From a virus (taxonomy: Duplodnaviria > Caudoviricetes): a DNA stretch of 42,664 nt. This document shows positions 37,288 to 42,664 of the stretch, piece after piece (within the stretch, counting starts at the first letter, position 1; each line of letters opens with the position of its first letter). Position numbers and translations under genes: made by a program. Below the pieces are notes generated by a model. The model did no database searches and was not told the origin of the DNA. It was given only the letters and a program-made list of their open reading frames with translations. The stretch is from the IMG/VR virus record IMGVR_UViG_3300048897_000028, positions 1-42,664 of that record. One strand, given 5' to 3'.

Positions 37288-37403
37288 GCGATACCAAGTG
37301 TCAGGACAAGAGCGGGGGTGAGGTTCCGAATCCTCATGCCTTGCGGGTTACTTTGGAGACGATGAAGTCTGCCCGGCGCCAGCGCGTCAAGAAGGCCGCT
37401 TAA
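37284..37403 (+). CDS. Very small basic ORF (39 aa)
   Basis: ATGA coupling. Confidence 0.4.
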   Translation: MSDTKCQDKSGGEVPNPHALRVTLETMKSARRQRVKKAA

Positions 37404-37404
37404 A

Positions 37405-37671
37405 ATGCTAAATTCAGAGAAGATCGGCGGCCACACGATTACCAAGGGATACTTCAGCGGGAAGTATGTCCTGCGCGTGTGGGGCATGACGGGGGAAACA
37501 CTCCACAGCAGCACCCACGACCTTCCCGAGCACGCCAGAGCGGAGCTGGACAGCTTCAGGGCCTCAAGGCCCGACCTAGAACAGGTGATAAACAATCTCC
37601 CGCAGATCTCGATCGCGGATGGCATGGCAAGTCGCACGGGTCTTCCGACCCCCACGGAGCCGGCAGAATGA
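37405..37671 (+). CDS. Hypothetical protein
   Basis: Tandem arrangement. Confidence 0.6.
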   Translation: MLNSEKIGGHTITKGYFSGKYVLRVWGMTGETLHSSTHDLPEHARAELDSFRASRPDLEQVINNLPQISIADGMASRTGLPTPTEPAE

Positions 37672-37835
37672 GTAGCCAGCACGCCATAGAAAAACTTTCG
37701 TGCGAACTCAACGTGCCATCCGACCGCGAAGACGACATCAACATTGCCGCTCGCCAAGAGCGCGATCTCACGCAAGCCGTGATGATCCTAGAAAGCCGCT
37801 TGCGCGATATCAACCCCCCGCTGGGGGGATCATAA
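37668..37835 (+). CDS. Hypothetical protein (55 aa)
   Basis: ATGA coupling; GGAG RBS. Confidence 0.55.
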   Translation: MSSQHAIEKLSCELNVPSDREDDINIAARQERDLTQAVMILESRLRDINPPLGGS

Positions 37836-37870
37836 GCGATGTCGCGCCCAGCTAGCAACAGTGAGGCAAA

Positions 37871-38125
37871 ATGACCATCGAAGATGATCGCCAATATATG
37901 GGCACGCCGGAAGCAGCCAAAGCTGCCTTGATCGAAAAGTCCCGCGCGTGGCGTCAATTACGTCAGCCGAGTATGGCTACCGCCGCCGGCCATCGCAAGA
38001 CGCAAGCCAAAGAGCACGAAGTTCGGTTTCAGCTTGCGAATGCAGCGCTGCTTTGGCTCTGGCACGAAGAGCACCCGCTGTGTCCACAGGACACCACCAT
38101 ACCGGAGAATAGCGATGGGGTTTAA
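37871..38125 (+). CDS. Hypothetical protein
   Basis: RBS GAGG. Confidence 0.7.
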   Translation: MTIEDDRQYMGTPEAAKAALIEKSRAWRQLRQPSMATAAGHRKTQAKEHEVRFQLANAALLWLWHEEHPLCPQDTTIPENSDGV

Positions 38126-38483
38126 CGCAACAGTCGTTATCCTGGTTGACCAACTTAGCGCGATCGAGGCGGCTCCGAATTTCGGCAAACAGCTTGCGGA
38201 TGCCGTGCGCCACAAGCTGAACGATCCGACCGACCGATACGGCAGAGCCCCATACGTGGCTGGGCAGACAACCGTAGTCGAAGCGCACCACGCGGACGGC
38301 ATGATGATTATCGCGGTTGGCGGCAACTGCGGGAAGGTTTTGGGATACGGCGGCGGCTATCGCTCCGATCCTGACGAGATGATCAAATGGCTCAATGACG
38401 ATCGGTTGCGCCGCAAGCGTGAAGCGAAGAGCATCCCCGTTGCTGTGTCCACACAGAGCAAGCCACAGGAGGGCGGGAGGTGA
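38115..38483 (+). CDS. Hypothetical protein (MGFNATVVILVD...)
   Basis: RBS GGAG; globular-looking sequence. Confidence 0.75.
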   Translation: MGFNATVVILVDQLSAIEAAPNFGKQLADAVRHKLNDPTDRYGRAPYVAGQTTVVEAHHADGMMIIAVGGNCGKVLGYGGGYRSDPDEMIKWLNDDRLRRKREAKSIPVAVSTQSKPQEGGR

Positions 38484-38710
38484 CTTGTCGAGAATGCGCA
38501 CTATTGCGAGTTTTGCCTGATGCGGATGGTAAGGTCAGGATTCGGAAGGACCGCTCCTACCTCTGCACGGCAAAGATTGAGCCCCTACGGCTTCCAAAAT
38601 CCGTTTATCATTATGAGCCGCCGCGGCCATCTCACATAGAACCGGACCAAGGCGAGGGATGCAGCTATTTTGTCTCTCGCCATGCTGTCGGAGGAGCGGG
38701 GAAGCCATGA
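38480..38710 (+). CDS. Small Cys-containing protein
   Basis: GTGA coupling; CREC...C...GC.YF. Confidence 0.65.
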   Translation: MTCRECALLRVLPDADGKVRIRKDRSYLCTAKIEPLRLPKSVYHYEPPRPSHIEPDQGEGCSYFVSRHAVGGAGKP

Positions 38711-39087
38711 CCGAACCCGCCGCCGATGATCCCGTAACGTTGCAGGAGGCCGTCGATATCGTGTATCGGGGGACGATCAAGGTTTCCACCTTGCGCCTGC
38801 TCGCCGATCGCGGGAACCTGCAAATCTTCAAGGTCGGTCGGCGCTGGTTTACGACGCTGCGAAGCGTCCGGGAGATGAAGGACCGATGCCCAGGCAATCA
38901 AAAGGCGCTCGCCTCTATCTCGACCGAGAGCGCGGTCAATGGGCTATCCGAGATGGACAGGGTTTCATCCGCACTGGTTGCGCTGAGTCAGACCACGCGG
39001 ACGCTGAAAAGAAGCTCGCGGAGTACATCGCCCGCAAATACAAGCCAGCCCTTACCGCCTCGCCCTCGATCGCGGATGTCCTGCTGA
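38707..39087 (+). CDS. xis: Excisionase-like winged-HTH protein overlapping int
   Basis: VTLQEAV...STLR..ADRG.L.IFKVGRRWFTT; directly upstream of integrase. Confidence 0.75.
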   Translation: MTEPAADDPVTLQEAVDIVYRGTIKVSTLRLLADRGNLQIFKVGRRWFTTLRSVREMKDRCPGNQKALASISTESAVNGLSEMDRVSSALVALSQTTRTLKRSSRSTSPANTSQPLPPRPRSRMSC

Positions 39088-39875
39088 TCTATGCGAAGGA
39101 GCGGCTGCCAAAGACAAAGGCCGCGGACAAAGCGGCGCACAACATTTCGAACCTGACCCCGTTCTGGGGCAAGAAGCGAGCGGCCGACGTGAACGCAGAG
39201 AACTGCGAAGCATATTCCAAGGACCGTCCGGCATCCGCCGCGCGCAGGGATCTTGAGGTGCTGCGCGCCGCCCTGTTCTATTGGCACGAAAAGAAAGAAC
39301 CGTTGGCGCGGGCGCCGCAGATCGTATTGCCCGATAAGCCGGAGCCGCGGGAACGCTGGCTGACCGAGGAAGAAGCTCACCGGCTGCGCCGGGCGGCAAT
39401 GAAGCACGAGCACCTGTACCGCTTCGTGATCCTGGCCCTAAAGACCGGCTCGCGGTCGGCCGTGTTGTTCAACCTGAAATGGGAACAGGTCGATTTGCGC
39501 AGCGGCGTCCTGACCCGCAAGGCGGCCGGCGAGACCGAGGCCGCTAACAAGCGCAAGCCTCCGGTCAAGCTGGGCCGCGCCGTGGTGCGACTGATGAAGC
39601 GCTGGAAGAAGCGCGACGGTAAGATCAAGCACGTCATCCACTACGATGGCCAGCCCATCCAGAAGCTGCGCCGATCGTGGGATTCGGCATGCCTCGAGGC
39701 TGGCCTTGAGGATGTCAGCCCGCATACGCTGCGCCACACGCGCGCAACCTGGCTGATGCAGAAGGGAATTGACCCATGGGAGGCGTCCGGACATCTCGGA
39801 ATGTCGCTACGGACGTTGGAAAACACCTATGGAAAGCACCATCCGGACTTCCAATCCAAGGCATCTGAGGTATGA
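38886..39875 (+). CDS. int: Tyrosine integrase
   Basis: TGSR...L.W.QVD, SPHTLRHTRATWL, GHLG, TYGKH catalytic motifs. Confidence 0.95.
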   Translation: MPRQSKGARLYLDRERGQWAIRDGQGFIRTGCAESDHADAEKKLAEYIARKYKPALTASPSIADVLLIYAKERLPKTKAADKAAHNISNLTPFWGKKRAADVNAENCEAYSKDRPASAARRDLEVLRAALFYWHEKKEPLARAPQIVLPDKPEPRERWLTEEEAHRLRRAAMKHEHLYRFVILALKTGSRSAVLFNLKWEQVDLRSGVLTRKAAGETEAANKRKPPVKLGRAVVRLMKRWKKRDGKIKHVIHYDGQPIQKLRRSWDSACLEAGLEDVSPHTLRHTRATWLMQKGIDPWEASGHLGMSLRTLENTYGKHHPDFQSKASEV

Positions 39876-39878
39876 TAT

Positions 39879-40083
39879 CTGTGCCAAAACTGATCCGAAG
39901 CCAGTTCCACAATTCAAGAAGTGCCTTGTTTTATGGTAGGCGGCGACGGATTCGAACCGCCGACCCTCTCGGTGTAAACGACAGCGCCTTTATACATTTC
40001 AACCACTTAAGGTCAACTTGGAAGGATGAAAACCATGAACGACTCAGGAACATTGGTCTCAAACTGTGCCGAAGCTGTGCCGC
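39879..40083. promoter_or_regulatory. attP arms: CTGTGCC repeats and IHF-like site
   Basis: CTGTGCC at 39879, 40064 and 40075 flank the core; TTTCAACCACTTA (39997-40009) is one mismatch from WATCAANNNNTTR. Confidence 0.55.
39934..39982 (-). other. attP core: 3' part of tRNA-Val(TAC)
   Basis: Minus strand TCG-TTTACAC-CGAGA-GGGTC-GGCGG-TTCGAAT-CCGTC-GCCGCCT-A-CCA; 5' half absent; next to int. Confidence 0.9.
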
Positions 40084-40274
40084 TAGACCTGACTTACGAG
40101 AACACCCGCCGCGACCTGATCGCCACCAGAACGAAGCACGGCGACGATACCCCAAAGGGCCATCGCTGCTCCAACGCGATCGAGCAACTCAAGAACCTGC
40201 GAGGAGCGACCGGTGCCCAGCGGGAGAACCTTCTCAAGGCAATCGAACTGACCATGAAACAATTGGCCGCATAG
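40026..40274 (+). CDS. Hypothetical protein, first gene beyond attP (start uncertain)
   Basis: AAGGA RBS; helical C-terminal part. Confidence 0.65.
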   Translation: MKTMNDSGTLVSNCAEAVPLDLTYENTRRDLIATRTKHGDDTPKGHRCSNAIEQLKNLRGATGAQRENLLKAIELTMKQLAA

Positions 40275-40286
40275 GGCGGCAGGAGG

Positions 40287-40517
40287 ATGACGATGGCGAA
40301 AACAATTAAGATCCGGATACCAGCCGTGGTTGGGCCAGACGGCCGCTGGTGCGCGTATGGCTACCCTGGCGCCATGAAAGAACCAGACTGGTCAATGGTC
40401 GAGGAGACCGCCGATAACGGCGAGTACGAGGGCTCATATCAGCGCTTTTGGATCACGGCGGAATTGCCAGTTCCGGAGCCGATCGACGTTGAAGGCCATG
40501 TTGAGGCTGCCCGGTGA
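40287..40517 (+). CDS. Hypothetical protein
   Basis: RBS AGGAGG. Confidence 0.75.
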   Translation: MTMAKTIKIRIPAVVGPDGRWCAYGYPGAMKEPDWSMVEETADNGEYEGSYQRFWITAELPVPEPIDVEGHVEAAR

Positions 40518-40542
40518 GGCAAGGGCAATGAGGGACTGAGGC

Positions 40543-40788
40543 ATGACGGACCAATGTCAGAACTGCAAAAAACCGGAGCCGGCCGAAGGCTGGTACATGG
40601 TCGGCGGTCCCGCACCGTTGGAGTTTTATTGTTCTGCGGACTGCCTTGATCAGGACCTCAACGGCGACCCTGAACACGACTACGACCCAGGCGAAGAATG
40701 CGGTCGATGGACCAACGGACGGCTTGGTCCACAGTGCAGCAAGGCCGGCAGCGAAGAGTGTGATTGGGAATGTCCGTATAGTCGATGA
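40543..40788 (+). CDS. Small Cys-rich acidic (Zn-binding-like) protein
   Basis: CQNC, CSADC, C.KAGSEECDWECP. Confidence 0.7.
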   Translation: MTDQCQNCKKPEPAEGWYMVGGPAPLEFYCSADCLDQDLNGDPEHDYDPGEECGRWTNGRLGPQCSKAGSEECDWECPYSR

Positions 40789-40813
40789 TCAGTGAACATA
40801 GGGAGACTGCGGC

Positions 40814-41089
40814 ATGAAAGCATGGATAACCGCGCCGTTCGATGACAATGGCATTGAGGAAATCAAGATCATCGGGAAGCCAGATGATGCCAACCTTCAA
40901 TTTTACCGGAGCGGGAGCCCGTATAGAGAGCAATCCTGCCATTGGTACAAGGAGGGGGTCACTTGGCACCGTCGGTACGATGACGCCATGAGGGCCGCAG
41001 CGAAACTGCGAACTGAGCGTGTCGCGAAAGCCTCCGCTGAAGCCGCCCGCATACTTGCGTTACCCCCACTTCCTAACGGTAATCAGTAG
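40814..41089 (+). CDS. Hypothetical protein
   Basis: RBS GGGAG. Confidence 0.7.
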   Translation: MKAWITAPFDDNGIEEIKIIGKPDDANLQFYRSGSPYREQSCHWYKEGVTWHRRYDDAMRAAAKLRTERVAKASAEAARILALPPLPNGNQ

Positions 41090-41102
41090 GGAGCACCGAA
41101 CT

Positions 41103-41612
41103 ATGGCGCTGCACGAACAATGCCTCGGAGCAACTGACGAGTGGTACACGCCGCCGCACGTCTTTGATGCTCTCGATTGCCGCTTCGCTATGGACGTTGC
41201 CAGCCCTGGGCGAGAGGTCACGCCGTGGATCCCATCAGAGGTGTTTGTGACAGAGGCAAGTTTGCAGCAGTCATGGCTCGGGTTTGTCTGGATGAACCCA
41301 CCCTTCGGCGGCCGCAATGGACTGATCCCATGGCTAGATAGGTTCTTCCAGCATGGATTTGGCATCGCCCTTGTGCCCGATCGCACCTCGGCACCATGGT
41401 GGCAGGAATACGCTCCGCGGGCAGATCTTGCGCTGTTCGTGGCCCCGAAACTGAAGTTCATCGGCATTGACGGGAAGCCCGGGAAGTCGCCGGCACAGGG
41501 CACGACACTGCTGGCCAGCGGCTCCGTGGGAGTATTGGCGCTTCAGCGGGCCGCGCGCGCCAGGCTCGGGTGCCTGTTTAAGCCAGCGTCAGTGACGAAT
41601 GGAGACAGATGA
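41103..41612 (+). CDS. Phage N6-adenine DNA methyltransferase (phage Dam-like)
   Basis: DEWYTP..VF..L..F..D.ASP, VWMNPPF, GIALVPDRTSAPWW. Confidence 0.85.
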   Translation: MALHEQCLGATDEWYTPPHVFDALDCRFAMDVASPGREVTPWIPSEVFVTEASLQQSWLGFVWMNPPFGGRNGLIPWLDRFFQHGFGIALVPDRTSAPWWQEYAPRADLALFVAPKLKFIGIDGKPGKSPAQGTTLLASGSVGVLALQRAARARLGCLFKPASVTNGDR

Positions 41613-41956
41613 TGCCCCCTGTTATTAACTTCGTTGCCGGAATCGTCTGTCTGGCCCTGACGATCAATTTCTTCCGAATGGGCTTTCAGCGGGAAGCCCC
41701 GGCTGAGGCCATCGCTGCTGCACCCCCCGCTGTTAAATGTGTGCCCAGCGGCGATCTGCTGAACATCTCCAAAGACGATCTGATGGGGCGCTGCGGGACG
41801 CCGCGTAGCATCAACCACCAGATGATCGCTGGCGGCGCCGTTCGCAAAGAACAATGGTCCTACCGTGATCCTGTGTTCTACGTCTATTTGAGCAACGATC
41901 GCGTGGATTCGATCCAATACGCCGAGAACGGCCAGAACTTCGAATGGAAGAACTAG
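41609..41956 (+). CDS. Membrane-anchored protein with BamE/SmpA-like domain
   Basis: N-terminal TM; SKDDL...CG.P..IN...EQWSY...Y.Y..N..V..IQ. Confidence 0.6.
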   Translation: MMPPVINFVAGIVCLALTINFFRMGFQREAPAEAIAAAPPAVKCVPSGDLLNISKDDLMGRCGTPRSINHQMIAGGAVRKEQWSYRDPVFYVYLSNDRVDSIQYAENGQNFEWKN

Positions 41957-41987
41957 CCCTGATGACCGAACATCGAGGAACTGAGGC

Positions 41988-42182
41988 ATGAGCAAGTGTA
42001 AAATCTGTGGCGAACAGATGCCGGAAGGTGAAGAAATATTTCTATACCACGGCTTTAGCGGAAAGTGCCCAGCCCCAGCCACGAAAGATTGGCGCGATCG
42101 TTCGTTTAAGGAGCAGTCGCAGATCATAGCAAATCATCACGCTAAGATAGTAGCAACCAAGTTGAAGTTTGAGCATGAGTAA
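41988..42182 (+). CDS. Small Zn-ribbon-like protein
   Basis: CKICGE.MP.GE..F.YHG.SG.CP. Confidence 0.65.
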   Translation: MSKCKICGEQMPEGEEIFLYHGFSGKCPAPATKDWRDRSFKEQSQIIANHHAKIVATKLKFEHE

Positions 42183-42364
42183 AGCGCAAAGAGCAGGAAG
42201 CCGCAGCGCTGCTTCGCGAAGCAGCGTAATTTGCGTGACCTCGACAGAAGATTGAAGGCAATACCTCTAGGCAGCAATGACGCAGGGCACGGGAAAGAGC
42301 CCGCTAAGTCCGAACTCAATGGTCAGGACGCCTAGGGTCTTTAACTCTTGAGCAGGGATAGATC

Positions 42365-42556
42365 ATGAATATAATCGTAGTGCCGAAAGTAGTTCAGCGG
42401 GAATTGTCCGAGATAATCAGATTTGACGATCCGCTTCCCGGCGCCAAATACGCTGATATTCGGGTAAACTCGCCGAACGGTTCTTGGCTATGGTCGATCG
42501 CGCCGACGTGCTGGCTGCCATGGAATCGGCCCCGCCGACCGCTCTCGCGATCTTAA
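42365..42556 (+). CDS. Hypothetical protein
   Basis: AGGGA RBS; ends inside the terminal repeat. Confidence 0.6.
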   Translation: MNIIVVPKVVQRELSEIIRFDDPLPGAKYADIRVNSPNGSWLWSIAPTCWLPWNRPRRPLSRS

Positions 42557-42664
42557 ACAGGCACAGCATATGAACCCCGAAAAAGCGCTAGAGATCGTTA
42601 AGAACATCAGGCCGGAAGGGACGCTTCCGCGAAGTCCTGAGGTGCAGACGCTAATTAATATTCG
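42539..42664 (+). repeat. 126-bp terminal direct repeat, copy 2
   Basis: Identical to 11-136. Confidence 0.97.

Larger units (their letters stand above)
1..42664. mobile_element. Near-complete temperate P22-like phage genome (alphaproteobacterial host inferred)
   Basis: Full set of terS/terL/portal/scaffold/coat/neck/ejection/tail/lysis genes, cI-cro switch, int-attP, terminal repeat; no tape-measure or sheath genes. Confidence 0.95.

Noticed and set aside
39934-39990. Functional tRNA-Val gene
   Set aside because: D-arm and 5' acceptor strand are missing; adjacency to int indicates an attP core
42207-42226. Protelomerase (telRL) site
   Set aside because: No protelomerase or partition genes; the phage has int and a tRNA attP
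36532-42556. CRISPR array or classical integron
   Set aside because: Junction similarities are short, degenerate and unevenly spaced; no cas genes, no attC hairpins, and the integrase looks like an ordinary phage Int

Overview
This window is essentially one complete ~42.5 kb temperate, P22-like (podovirus-type) phage genome in its excised or circularly permuted form. A 126-bp terminal repeat (11-136 = 42539-42664) and an intact attP carrying the 3' part of tRNA-Val(TAC) support this. The host is very likely an alphaproteobacterium (GcrA and GapR homologues); Rhizobiales/Bradyrhizobium-like is inference. Minus strand, right to left: cro, gcrA, HNH-AP2 endonuclease, DNA MTase, gapR, replication initiator with an embedded HNH, putative late regulator, terS, terL, portal, scaffold, P22-type coat, gp4/gp10-like neck proteins, three ejection proteins, tail fibres, lysis genes, and a second fibre/depolymerase cluster. 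Plus strand: a short cI-like repressor, early-left genes (HNHs, SSB, MTase), xis-int-attP, long arrays of tiny ORFs on both sides of int, and an acyltransferase-3 gene. Most notable: (i) small-ORF arrays with recurrent junction sequences, one of which coincides with the point where the two contig ends diverge (candidate cassette-shuffling system); (ii) a homing endonuclease that appears to have replaced the 3' end of its host gene; (iii) a depolymerase-like gene overlapping tail-to-tail with an acyltransferase; (iv) 34-bp-phased 17-bp operators, a repressor with no cleavage domain, and a LexA-like box at attP; (v) a cuckoo-like triple-hairpin RNA. All calls come from motif recognition by eye; no searches were run.
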